NCBI GenBank assembly: GCA_904063045.1
Contig: CAJFCJ010000049.1
Coordinates: 103,313 to 167,312 of the forward strand
Reading direction: 5' to 3'
Origin: Dimorphilus gyrociliatus
Lineage: Eukaryota > Animalia > Annelida
Length of the DNA stretch: 64,000 bases
Shown here: in pieces, positions 11,085 through 23,799 of the stretch
Layout of the letters: every line of letters starts with the position of its first letter
How positions within the stretch are numbered: the first letter of the stretch is position 1
Notes under the pieces: model-generated
Database searches by the model: none
Seen by the model: the letters and a program-made list of their open reading frames with translations, nothing else
Told to the model about the DNA's origin: nothing
Translations under genes and position numbers: made by a program

Positions 11085-13258
11085 ATGAAAATTTACAGTT
11101 TTATTCTCTTAGTAATCATATTTCATGAAGTGTCTTCTTTCGACAAATGTTAGAATTTTTTTTAATCACTAATAATATAATATATATAATTTAAATTTAA
11201 AGATGGAAACCTTGTAAACGTCGGTTCAAAGAAGAATGGCGCAACTTGTCAGGCATCTTCGGAACATTTGCAACAAAAGGGGTTTACTTTCCTATGCGAA
11301 AATAGCTTGGAACCAGAATGGATAAATGTATTTGACTGGGCGGCAGATTGCAATGTTGGTAACTGCATTTCAACATGGATCATCATTAATTTTTTAAGAC
11401 CATACGATATCACAAAAATATGTATTGCTCAAAGAACTTTAACTGCAAATGTAATCCTTAAAGCAGTAGAAATTACAATTGGAACCAACAAACCAATTTA
11501 TAAACTAGACTTGATTAACACCTGTCTCTTACTAGAAGAAGGAATTGGTCTAGACTCCACTAGTATAAAATTAACAACAAAAGGTGCGGAAACCGGAAAT
11601 GTTGGCTCTAATTCCATTTCCGCTTATGCATATGATAAAGGTTTAAAAAAAAGAAACAACTGATGAAAGGTATTTTTTTGACTAATTATTTTCTATAAAA
11701 TAGATTCAAGCAAGCCTGATGAAAGATTAATCAATATCGCTGAACTTGAACTTGGAGCTACATGTACGCATTCAAGTGCGTTTAATTCTTATGGTTGTAC
11801 CGAAGCCATTTCCAGACGGTATACGGGAGAATGGGCATCACAGTGTCATGGAGATTCTTGTATTGATCAATATATAGAGATAACCTTTGCTTTTCCTGCT
11901 ATACCAAAAATAATATGTCACATGAATAGGTAATATCTAACGTTTTTGAATAAGACAAACCATTGAAAGATTTATTGAATGATCATTAATATTTTATATG
12001 TAGTCGCTATTTAATTTTTCAAAAGAAACTACCCAACTACTACTAGTTTTTACCTAATTATGACTATGTTGCTTTCTGTTTCCATATGAAATAGGCATGT
12101 CTTCCCTCGTGATAACAAGAAAATGAAAATGGAATGGAGTTCGGGTCATGTTGATATTTTGGAGAATATGGAAAGAGGAGTGGTTTATCGCTGTTACAAC
12201 TATACTCATGAACCAACTATTGAGCATTCAGTTAAAGTTCTTATGAAAGAAGATTATAATGCTGGTGATGTTGGACTGTCATATTTTAAAGTTTTTGCAA
12301 AAAGTAAATATTATTTTTCTTCTTGACCTATTTTCAAATCAATAATTTTTAATCTTTAGAGACTGACAAAGACATCTATAGTATTCAATTTATTACTGAT
12401 GTAGTCTATCACCTACAATCAAATGTTAACATGGTCAAATTTAGGATAAAAGGCGTTTCTACAGGACAAACTAAAGATTGTTCATCTTTAATAATTACTT
12501 TCAAGAACAAGGCTACAAAATTATTTTCATTAAAACTAGATACTTTGACTGATAACAATATTGAAAATTCTTCAATTGAAATATTTGAACCTGAATTAAA
12601 AACCATTGATTTTATTATACAAAAATCATTGATAAATTGTGTAGAATGGAATGATTTTTGGTTTCAAAGTCAACAAGGACTAGTTAAATTTGGTTTTGGT
12701 GAACAATATGGTTTAAATAATTTATTGATATTTCAGTCTAAAATATATTTAAGTGTTACTGAAATACTGTTCAAAAATAATGAATCAGATATAATAAATC
12801 TGGTTCAATTCACACATTTTGATATTGGAATCTTTTCTGTTAATTCTGCATATAGTGAATGTTCATACCAAAATTATTATGAAAATTTGAATGAACTAAC
12901 AAACAGTTGTAAAAGGATAAAATCAAAAGCAGTTTCATTTGAGTACAATCTATGGAATGGAACAAAGATATTGACCAAAAATAGTTCTGATCTTGTATTG
13001 AGTTTAAAGAAAAATAGTGCGATATATAATAAAGATCTATCTATATATATCACTTACAATTCAATAAATAAAGCAGGAAATAAGGAATTGAAATTATGCG
13101 AATTTAAAAATCATAATGAAACCAATTCATTTGCATATTATCGTTTCAAATGCAGCAGTATAACTACAATAATGAACGATTTTGTTTCTATTTATATCTT
13201 TTTAGACTATTCTCTTCAAGATTATGATATTTACTTTTGTAAATTGTCTTTTGTTTAA
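11085..13258 (+). CDS. Secreted ~610-aa protein: signal peptide, two F5/8-C/galactose-binding-like domains, FAMeT-like domain and a C-terminal beta domain
   Basis: Exons 11085-11148, 11203-11640, 11704-11929, 12095-12303 and 12360-13258 splice in frame without stops. Signal peptide MKIYSFILLVIIFHEVSS. Repeated LxNx5GAxC...W(A)xxCxxxxCIxx(W/Y)IxIxF. EWNDFWFQSQQGLVKFG resembles the FAMeT domain motif. Confidence 0.8.
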
Positions 13259-14159
13259 CAATTGGTATAAAAATTTATCTATGTCAAAAAAGTACAGGTT
13301 GTTGTAAATTTAATGTTGACCTATACAAGTATTTCAAATAAAATGTAGACAGTTAGGTGTTGAAGATTTATTAATTTTATTTTTTTATTAATTTTTTTAG
13401 AACAAAACTGAAAAAGTTTGCTTCTTCACCTAATTTCTAATATTCAATGTTTTATTCAAGCTAAACCCTCAATCTTCTTCAATATGATTCTTTGTAAAGT
13501 TGTTTTTTTTTAATTTCACAATTGTTGAATAAACTTTCCAATTGATTTGATATCGTTCATTTGAAAATCTGAAGAAAGAGCTAAGTATCTTTTGCGAGTC
13601 AACTATTGAAATTATTAGGAGAAATGTACAAAAAGCTTACAATTCTTACATTTCTCTGTCATGTTTTATCAATAATTCTTTATATCAGACTAAAAATATC
13701 AACTATGATTAGTAAATAAATAAATAAAAAATTATTGAACACATCTTTAAAAGAACAATAATATTTAATTTTAAATGAGTATTGGAAATGTATACTTACA
13801 ATTATTCAAAATGGCTGCAAAATATTTTTCAAATAAATTGATTTCTTTCACAAAGATAAGATAATATGTGATCAAAATATTAATACAGCATTAATCTAGA
13901 TTATATTACATATGAAATGACCTCTTTAAATCTAAAATGATAATCTTTTTGCCAAATATAATTATGAAAAATAGCTTAACTTTCAAAGTAAATTCTTTCC
14001 AAAGTGAAAGTTAACGTCAGTTTCTTCATTTTAAAATGGCTGTCATTTCATTTTTCAACATTGCCTTTATTTTTTTTAGGTTTCATTGTTATAATTCAAA
14101 ATAATAAAATTAAAAAAAGCTATGTTTCTAAGGGTACGGTTTCAGCTGCTCCCGGTTCA

Positions 14160-14290
14160 CCTTTGAGTTTTATTACTATTTCCGACAAAGTGAAAACGAA
14201 GTTCTTGACTCGAAGTTGAATATAGATGCCAATTTAATCCAATTATGCAATTGGCTAAAAGTATCAAAAGGTCAAAGTTCACTTATGTGA
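14160..14290 (+). mobile_element. Possible non-LTR RT fragment
   Basis: LDSKLNIDANLIQLCNWLKVSK resembles the post-YADD LN.DL..+..W segment of CR1/Jockey-type RTs. Confidence 0.3.
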
Positions 14291-14771
14291 AACCATATTT
14301 AGAAGTTTTCAACTGTGTTAGATGTTACTTTGTAGTTACTGAAATGTTGAAATGTCGACAGTCATATTTCAATAAATCAATTGTTAACTATTGAAACAGA
14401 ACTGTCCAATATCATATATGGCACCATCGTCGTAAGATTACTGTGACTACTAGGAACCTCTCTTCAGCGTAGCTATTGTTAGCCTTTGTCTACCGCTATT
14501 GACAAATATACGTGGGATTAGCTTCAGGGTAGGCCTATGAGAGAATAAATTGTTGGACTACTCAATTATTTTTAAATTCCTTAAAAATTAAGGTTAAGAA
14601 GCATAAGAATGTGCAGTTAATTGACACTTTAAAGATTATTTTCTTTCGAGAATGTAGGTCAAAGGACTATTAAATGAGTATATTAAGAAAAAAGATAATG
14701 ATGAAAGTTATAGATGACATTGCATGTATGTTAAGACAAGAATATAAAATATGTATATATATACTAACTAC

Positions 14772-15377
14772 AATTTTCTTCTTTCTCATAAAAATCATAA
14801 AATGATGAAAATGTCAATAAAGTAGGATTTGTATATCTTGCACCACTATTAAGATAACAAGTACCAGTTGAGTTTCTATAATCGAACGATCTAATAAAGA
14901 GATTTCAACACTTTATTTTTAAAAATTGGTAAAATTTATGTAAAAAATTTAGCAGAAAATGTCCTTTAATTTTTAGGTCTAGCCTTCAAATTCCACTGTT
15001 CTTAAAACCCTTAGTTAATATATTTTCCAGAAAATATCGTTTCCTGACATTTCTGTTCAACCTCATTAAAAAAATTGATAAAAAAAATAAAACTCACTTG
15101 CACGCTGCATTTCTAGAACAGTTCTTTTTACAATTTTCCACACTTGCTTCAATAAATATAGTGCCATCAAGGTCAGAATTGGTAGTTGCAGTATGAGGTA
15201 TAAATCTACCAGGTAAAAACTGGTATGTACATGCTTAAAAGAAATAGAAAACGAAATATATTGGTTAGAAAGTTTTTGAAGTTTTGTTTTATTAAAAAAC
15301 AAAAATTTCATTTACATACTTGACAGAAAAACTGGATATTGATGGAAAAGAGAAATTACAAGGATTGTGTGCCACAT
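14772..15377 (-). CDS. PAN/Apple-domain gene: signal peptide plus one complete PAN; downstream exons look decayed
   Basis: Exons 15377-15320, 15233-15098 and 14890-14772 splice in frame: MWHTILVISLFHQYPVFLS-TCTYQFLPGRF..ASVENCKKNCSRNAACKSFDYRNSTGTCYLNS..YDFYEKEENC. Confidence 0.75.
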
Positions 15378-16013
15378 TCTTGTATAAAGTAAAAATTACT
15401 GTATCTCTCTCTCTATATATATATATATATATAATATATGATTCTTTTTAAAAACCACCTTAATTAATTTTTAATAATTATTAAATATTTCTACACCGGA
15501 ACAAACTGTACATTAGTTGTTAAGGTCACTATATAGGACTCAACAAATTTCTTAACAGGCTACACTATTCCTTTTTAAATTGGTTGCAAAATTATTAATA
15601 TATAAATTAGTTTAAAATTTTCCCGCTGGAATTAATTTTTGATCCAAAGCAACAAATTCTAGTTTTTAACCTTAGTGTAATTACATTAATTTACTTATTG
15701 TTGACTAAGCTGTAATAGAAATAATTAACAAAATTCAATATGCCATTAAGTATTACATATATTGCTATAAACAATTTTTAAAGCATATAAAGTGGACGAC
15801 ATGTATATATGGACATCATAAATTTTGATTGGCCAATTTTTAATTAATGGTTAAAATTGTTTGCCCACTGTAAATTAGTATTATCTTTACAAAACTCATG
15901 TATTTTCATAATGAATATTTTCTAATTTGTTATTTCTTTTGATTTTTTCAGAAATCTTTTGTATAATCTAAAAGAAAAATCAATTTATTTTAGAAATATT
16001 CGTGTTATTCTTT

Positions 16014-18125
16014 TTAATTTTTTGTTTTTACCGTATAAGCAATGAATTCAATAAATTCGATAATTGTTATAACAGATGCTCCCAAAACAAGTCCCATAAA
16101 TCCACCAACTTCAGAGAGCAAAGATAGAAAACCAAATTTCTCTTGTTGAGTAATCTTTTGATAATTCATCTCTTTGTAAAAGACATCAACTTTTGCAAAA
16201 TTCTTTCTGCAATTTGTATTCATTTTAAAAACTTGGATAGAAAAAATATTAATAAAAACTTACAGGAAAAAATCATTATTTATCTTATTAATTTCATTAA
16301 ATTCACTTATAAAAATGTCAAGGACATTGTACTTGTATTGAATTTCATCAAAAGATTTGATAACTACTTTTGGAAGTTTAAGTCCATATTGTCCAATTGC
16401 ATTTCCTAATTGTAAAAAGCAATCACTCCAGCTATATTGTAAAACTTTTTCCAGTGCTTTTTCAGAACAATTGTGTTCAATACTGTACTCATCTTTAGAA
16501 TTGTTATATAAAATATAAAATTCATTGACAAGTTTGTAATCCATTTTCAAATTGACAGCATTTTTTACAGGATAAGGCCATTTGAGATTACTTTTTACTG
16601 ACACTTCTAATAGCCTTAGTTCATTTGCAATCTGTTTAACATTCTTATCAAAGAGTTTAAATTGTTTATTAGTACTTTCATAAAAACTTATCAAACTCTT
16701 TATATCAATGAAAAAATTTTCCACTTCAAACATTGCACTTATATTGAATTTTGTTATTGATGAATTTTTATCTAAATACAATTCCAGTAGATTAACTTTC
16801 GAAGAAACATCCCTATGAATAACATGTATTGAGTTTAATTCTTCTTCAAAATCTAGTGAATTTCTATAGAATTCTGCTGATGAATTGTTAATTTTCCAAA
16901 GTTTTAAATGAATTGGTGTAAAAAATTATACTTTTCTTTTAATAGACAAACAGATTGGAATTTATTATTATTAAAAATTTGTTCAATTTTAAACAATCCA
17001 TTGATAACTTTTGTAATTCTTTCACCAATTTCAAGGTAAGTTATATTATCATTTGTACCATTGAATTGTAATAATTTCTGTTCAATTAATAATTCTGTAA
17101 AGAATGGTTTACAAGTTGTATTGTAAGGTAATTCTGGATTCATTTTATCCATTCCAAATATTCTTTCAATTTCACTTATGTATTCTTTTTGAAAATTCAG
17201 AAGAATTTTTGAATTAGCAAGAAAATAATTTTAAAATAATTTGTAGTGTCAAACATTTGCCTAAACATTTCATATAATTCTATTATTTTAAAAGAATGCA
17301 TTGCATTTTCAATTCTATTAAAATTCTCTGCCAAATTGATAATGACTCCATTAAAGCTACACAAATTCCCTTCATACATTCAGTAGATTTATAAATTTTA
17401 TGAGTATCTTTAAAATATGCTAAAAATATTTTCATATCTTTTACAAATGGTTTAATAAATTTGTAATTTAAGTTATATTTTTTTTCAATTTTCTTTTCTC
17501 CAATTTCTAAAACATTCAGATATTCTTCTTTTAATGTTTTCATTCTATTAGAATTTCCAAGTATTACTTTCTCAGCTTCAAATTGTGATATTGCTGTAAA
17601 TGATAGATTTGGTTCATAGATAATCTGTTTACATGGAACTGAACAGGAACAGTTGTTTTTATCCTTTTTTATCTTCTCTAATGATAATCTAACACATCCA
17701 TAATTCTCTGTGATAGAACATAGCCTTTTATAATTTTGACTGCGTTCTGTTAAAGTTGCGCTTTTATTCCAACTAATGTATTCATTCCAGCAGCTACTGC
17801 AAATCCTAAATCAGACATAAGGGGTCTTTTATAATCATCGTGTAAGAATATTTTAACACCAGCATCATTATCAGGTCCAGGCATGTATTCGTATTGTTCA
17901 AGATTCAATAGAAGAGAAAGAGCATTATTCATTCCAGATTCAGTAACTGTTAAAGATTTAGGTGGTTTTAAAAATGAAGGAGAATTGAATGTATAGCATA
18001 TTCCCTAGTCAATGATACTTTTTGTAAAATACTCTACTAAACATTTTTCACCAGCCCTATCACAATTGAATATCAAGTTTGATTGTTTATGTCTAGAAGT
18101 AGAAGTAGTATGAGTAGAAACATTG
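16014..18125 (-). pseudogene. DEG/ENaC (ASIC-like) channel, 5'-truncated, with a very large extracellular insertion
   Basis: D*GICYTFN (TAG at 18005-18007), EQYEYMPGPDNDAGVKIFLH, CSCSVPCKQIIY, and KNFAKVDVFYKEMNY..LLSEVGGFMGLVLGASVITIIEF (TM2 with GAS). Several frameshifts. TM1 not found. Confidence 0.9.
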
Positions 18126-18138
18126 ACAGCAGACACAT

Positions 18139-19735
18139 TTATACATGATAAATTGCTGAACATTTTTTCAAAAGTTCACCAGCACAAATATCACTATTTT
18201 CAAATTCATCCCAATATTCATAAATTTTGCATGTTGGCATAGATTTTTTTTTGTACCTACAACTCTTTTTTTCTGACAGTAGCTTTTGATAAACATCAAT
18301 TAGATCACTTTCTCTCTTTAATTCATCTGCAGTGCAATAAAATGAAGAATTTTCTTGTAAATTTCTATTATATTTGTTGTGGAAGCCTTCCAAATCATTA
18401 TTTGTTGGAATAGCTCTCTTAAACACTGATCAATTATTTGGTGACCAGAGACTATTGTATATCCATGTTTCCTCCATGTATTTAACAAGATCATGTAATT
18501 TGTCAACCTCAGTTAAATATCTTTTAATCTTTTTAAATTGATGCTGAATGATATTACCATACCACTCTCCTGTTTTATTTTTGTAGTCTCTACTCTACCC
18601 AAGCTCCTATTGTTTTTTCAAGATTACAAATTTCAAAGTTGTGCTTAAAATCATTACCTTAATTTTTCTAAATACAGCCTGAGACCAATGAAATAAACAT
18701 CCATTTATTTCTGCATTTTCCCAAACAGACAAAATTGCTCTGCAGATTGCCTTTTCGAAATCTATTACAAATCTTTTTGGCTGATGATTATTTGTTAATT
18801 CACAAACTGTCTGAAAAATTTACAAAGAGTAATTAATAAAAGAATTACTTTAGAAAAACTTTGATCTTACTTGAAACAATAGTTCAAAGGTTTTTTTTTT
18901 TAGGAGACATAAACACAGTTAATAGTGGTACTTGTTTCAATGCATCATTTTTTTCAGAAATCCATGGATGGAGAATATTTGTATAAAAGGATTATGAGCA
19001 TGTTTAAAAGTCCCATCAAGAAACCATGTTTTTGTTGAGGAAAGAAGTTCAATTTGCTTATTTGTTGCAAATATTATAATTTGAAAGCCATTTTCATTTA
19101 CATCTTTTCTTAGAAATCTGTCATGTAAAAAGGTATGGTTTAGAAAAAAATTAATACCATCTGGTTCTCTTGGATGAATTTTTCTTTTGTGATAATTCAC
19201 AACTTGTACACTGGATGTTATTTTTGGTAAATGTTCTGCATCTGTATGATTTATCAAAACCTCTTCTGCAATTCTTCTTCCACTTAGTATTAGATTTTCT
19301 TTACTTTTGGTTTTTAAATCATTTCTTATCAACAGCTTCTTTTCATTATTGTTATTTCCCAAATGTATGTGCTCATTTACCTAATGTAAAAGAAGGTCCA
19401 GTTTGATTGAAACTGGCAGGATATTGCTGATTTTTATTTTTTCTCCTGCAAATCCATACAGTTCTCTTCTTTGTTCTAAATTTTATATTAAAAGAAAAGC
19501 CATTATGCACTAGTAAATCCTTTTCTTTCTGATTACCATTTTTTATAATTTCAAATTTATAGGAATCAAAGAATTTAATACTGGATGGTTCTTTTTCAAA
19601 TGAGCTTTCTTCAATGTACACTTACCAACTATAGTTTATAGATATTTTATGAATAATACTTACCATATGGTAGAAGTGTTGAAGTAGATGTTGCCTCTGG
19701 GATAGATGGTACCGAAGTGCCAGAATCAACCCCTT
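18139..19735 (-). mobile_element. Mutator-like (MULE) transposase with FLYWCH domain, intron-containing, decayed
   Basis: FLYWCH-like LLVHNGFSF..WICR. Catalytic motifs WFLDGTF (D), VIDFEKA (D), GCLFHWSQA (CxxH) and TNNDLEGFHN (E). A 51-nt GT-AG intron at 18607-18657. In-frame stops. Confidence 0.9.
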
Positions 19736-19748
19736 TTATAGGCAAAGG

Positions 19749-19898
19749 ATAAGATGTTACATAACAAACATGTTGACAACAACAACAAGTGGTTATTTAC
19801 ATAAATATGATGTAAGAATTGACCCTTGAAAGGTAACCTACACAAAGTTGTTGTTGTTTACATCACTACTTCATAATTTGATAACCCTTGACCCTGTT
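19749..19898 (+). repeat. Dispersed repeat (first copy at 7815-7957)
   Basis: By-eye alignment with 7815-7957. Confidence 0.75.
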
Positions 19899-19901
19899 TG
19901 T

Positions 19902-20132
19902 TGTGAACAACCCTTATCTGGGGTTAGACCCTTGTTGTTGACAGCTAAGGCATAAACAACTGATAAGGAATTGTGTAAAAGCAGGGCGTAGGTAGTAACA
20001 GGTATTCAGTCCTGAATCAACTCCCTTAGTGAACAGGTCTAGCATTACTTTAGAATACAGTTATATTATTCTTATGTTTTGGTTCTATATTCATCCTCCC
20101 TTGATTCTAGATCTCTCTTCTAAGTGGCTTAC
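19902..20132 (+). mobile_element. LTR-like repeat, copy 2, truncating the LDLa-LRR GPCR
   Basis: Begins TGTGAAC. Matches the reverse complement of 8720-8929. The GPCR frame runs into it at IWVWSFLLKK|VSHL. Confidence 0.65.
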
Positions 20133-21700
20133 TTTTTTTAATAAAAAAGACCAAACCCAGATAAAAAAAATATAAAAAAGTAAAGTATATGATTTAATAA
20201 TTTTAATCATAGGAAAGTTTATTGTTTCAAATCTTGTAATAGTTATAAACAATAAACTTAATGTTGATAATTGAATTGAAAAACTTGCAAAACATCCAAT
20301 AATTGAACAACTGACACTATTTCTCCATTTATAATCATTTTCTACATATTTATTTCTAAACATTATATCAACTATTCCAATTGAAATGAAATACAATGAA
20401 ATATTCAAATCTGCATATGACAAACTCAAACGGAAATAATTTTTTGGTTTTTTTGAAAAGATTATTGAAGAAAAATTTTTAATGAATGACATAATGCCAA
20501 TTACCCGTAAAAGAATACGTATTAATTTTGATTATAATAAATCAGAGCAAGAATTGAATAATGACTCATTTGGTTCACAATTTTTTATATTTTTTGAATA
20601 TTTCCATGCAAAACAACATAATTCAAAATGTTCACTTGAAAGATTTACTAACATTTTCAATTTTTTAATAATATACCTTCCATTTTCCATACGTACAAAA
20701 GATTTTTGTAATGAGAGTGATATTAGAGAGACAATATCAATAAAGGAGTTATTATCAATCTGTTTGATTTTACATTCACTTAAATCAAGATATTGAAGAT
20801 TTTTACATTTGCGAAAAAGTTCATCTGATATTATTGATAAATTAGTTTTTGATAAGATAAGCTGTCTTAGTTTAGGAAAAACTGTATATGTAAAATTTCC
20901 AAAAATTATATTATTACTACTCAGATTTAAAGTCTGAAGCTTTTTTAATGGGGATTCCAACATTGTATTTAAACAAATTAATTTATTATTTTGAATATTG
21001 AAAAGAATAAATTGGGAAATTTTTTGGCAACTTCATCAACATTAATCCTACTTAAAGTTACTGTGACATGCGTAACAGTAACATATTGTTCAAGAAAAAA
21101 ATGTTTAAAATTTATTCCTATTTGTGAAAGGCAAATACTCTTCCAAAAATATTTCTGACTTTTATTTAACCAATTGGAAGTTGTTTGTTTTTGGTTAAAA
21201 TTACAATTTAAAGCATAAAATGACTGACAAATACAATTTTCGGGACATTTGAATATTGCATTACAGTATAATTCATCACTTCCCAGAAGACAATCTACAA
21301 ATCCATTACATACATCTGAGAGAATAATGTAAAATTTCTCATTTCTACATTTGAAAACACCTCTTGGTTTAAAATTTTCTGATTTTGTAAACAAATAATA
21401 ATAAAATATAAAGATTTTAAATATACAGTATATAAAATGTTAATTTCATTAATTAAACACAATCTCTTTCATCATCATTTTCTGGACAATGTAAAATACC
21501 ATCGCAAATTTGTTTTATTGAAATGCAATAATTATTTAATCTACACAGATATTCACCAATTTCACATTTTGAAACATTATAACCTCTCAATGCAAGAAAT
21601 GGATAATCTGTCTTTTATCAAAATTAGAGAAACAAGCAAAACCTGTGAACTTTTTCTCTTAGCACCTTACTGCCAATCCATAAAAACCAGAATCTTGAAG
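20133..21700 (-). pseudogene. LDLa-LRR class A GPCR (GRL101/RXFP-like), disrupted and truncated in TM4
   Basis: LDLa: CEIGEYLCRLNNYCISIKQICDGILHCPENDDERDC and VCNGFVDCLLGSDELYC. LRR-NT: CPENCIC. LRRs, hinge FELCCF..SCSDLL*, and SLSYADLNISLY..WRNSVSCSIIG..ITITRF. Confidence 0.85.
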
Positions 21701-22269
21701 TACTATTTCACAACTGTAAAGTCATTTTTCAAAAACATGGCAATCTTTTAAACTATACAATACATGTTTTTGTTTTAAAAGACTAAAATCAGAGCACATT
21801 TCAGGTGATGACTAGAAAATTCAAGGATTTGTCAACATTTATGTAATTACCATATGTATGTTATTACTTTATCAGATATTGGGAAAACTTGAAATATAGG
21901 ATTAAGTATTTTGTTTTGGTTCCAACACAGAAGTAATGCTACTTTTTCAATATTTTCAGAGAGTGCAAATCCTAAAGGACTAGTATCAAATGATTTGGAT
22001 TTTGCTATAAAAGTCGTTTCAGAATGTATATTATTGTCATAGAATATTTTATACAAGAAATCTGGTGTTGGTTCGATCTTAAAATCTAAAATTAAAAAAT
22101 ATATATTTCAAAAGCTTCTACATCCATCTTTTAAATAGACGTACCATTAATCTCCGGAAAATGACATGTAAATCCTTTGTAATTTATGTCAGGGATACTT
22201 TCTATTTTATTAGTAAAATACATGAACCCAGATATCAGAAATATTAGGCTGTTCTGGGCACGTTAGACA

Positions 22270-22640
22270 ATAAAGAAGCAGCTGGTCTAGTGCACCAAGC
22301 ACACATTCCCTGGCAAGAATAATGGTTATCCTCAGGGAGAGCTTATTGGGTGTTGAACGAAAAGACAACTATAAGAAGGATGATAAAAGAATGCCAACGA
22401 TGCATTAGGTATAGATTGAAAATGAGGTATCAGAGAGGCAGCAATAAATCCTACACTTTCGAAATTGGAGAATGACTGGAAGTGATCTTATTTTTTGGGC
22501 TCGATTACTTCAGTCTGTTCAAGTTGAAAAAGGCTGTCAAATACTACGTGCTATTTCTTATACGTCTGCAGACAGGATAGTAAGGCTTTAGATTAATGTT
22601 TAAATCCATGGCCAAAGAGGATGGAAAATATCTATATCAC
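22270..22640 (+). mobile_element. BEL/Pao integrase remnant
   Basis: RAYWVLNEKTTIRRMIKECQRC (zinc-finger C-x2-C half) and GLDYFSLFKLKKAVKYYVLFL (G+DYFGP motif). Stops present. Confidence 0.75.
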
Positions 22641-22809
22641 CATATTTTTTGTCTGTTACTCAATAATCTTCTTCTCAGACTACGCTACAGTATCTCCAGG
22701 AAACGTGTTAGACATTATGTCTAATTTTTCCTTTTTTGGTATTAAATTTTTTACAGACTGTCCGTGTCTGCTTATGTCTTTTAATTAGGTTTTTGACTCT
22801 ACACATTTT

Positions 22810-22982
22810 TGTTATGTCACGTTTAAACTTCGTTTGGTTGGACTTCACTTCTCCTGTGATGTGATATCAAGTCTAGCTGACCAACAATGATATGAACCCG
22901 AGTCACCTATCCTCAACACATGACACACTCTTATTCCTTCTCTGTCACATTCATTCATACTGACTCATTCTGATACGCAACA
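22810..22982. repeat. Possible solo LTR
   Basis: TGTT...AACA termini, ~170 bp, next to the BEL remnant. No matching TSD. Confidence 0.3.
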
Positions 22983-23189
22983 TGCCTTTGTTTTGTTCAT
23001 CATTTTTACTTTACTTACTTTTAGTTAATCTTTCTTCCCTGAAATGAAATATTTTCTCATTGTCTTATTGTGATGTTAGCTTAACTGGCTGAGTTATTGG
23101 TGGAAAAAAAGGGGCATTGATGACGAGAAAAGTTCTCAAACAACTACTAGAAATGGTATTTTGAAATTTGAGCGTTTGCTTATTTGCTT

Positions 23190-23301
23190 TTTTTCTACAG
23201 TCTGGACAATTAATTAATTCATTTCGAACTTGTAAATGTTGTATACATTTTTTTTTAAATGTATGTTGACGAGGAAGTACCCTGATGTCACCCTCCTTCA
23301 A
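23190..23301 (-). pseudogene. Eroded RING finger fragment
   Basis: RVLPRQHTFKKKCIQHLQVRNELINCPDCRKK matches LPC.HTFC..CI...CP.CR with lost cysteines. Confidence 0.6.
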
Positions 23302-23507
23302 GGATTCTAAAAAAAATACATAAGAAAGCTCTTCTTGGCAAAAGATGTATTCTTTAACGGCCGTCTTGAATTTTGGATTTACTTTTATTTTGTATATTCA
23401 AAATAAATTGGTCTCATTTTTTGTTAAATTTCTGATATTTTATATTTTATACAAATAAGAATTTTAAAATTATTAAAATTACTGTTCAGTACAACCTAAA
23501 GAAGGGA

Positions 23508-23738
23508 TTGAAACATTCTTCAATGAGTGACAGATGGAGATCTGGTCACTCCAAGCAGATAACCAAAGCAGAGAAGAAAATTCTTGCTACATACAAAAGA
23601 AAAACCCCTTTTACTGAGCCAGACAAATGTCTACAGCAAATGGGCATGCCAGACAATGTATCTCCATCTTCTGTCAAGAAGATTCTATGCAAATATGGTC
23701 TGAAAATTTACGTGCCGAAAATGAAAAAAGGCCACTGA
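23508..23738 (+). mobile_element. Tc1 transposase HTH remnant
   Basis: SMSDRWRSGHSKQITKAEKK..TPF..VSPSSVKKILCKYGL..KK. Confidence 0.7.
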
Positions 23739-23799
23739 TTTGCAAAGCCTGAGGTTGACCAGCCTGGCACTGCATGAAGTGAATTAATCCCTATGGTTA

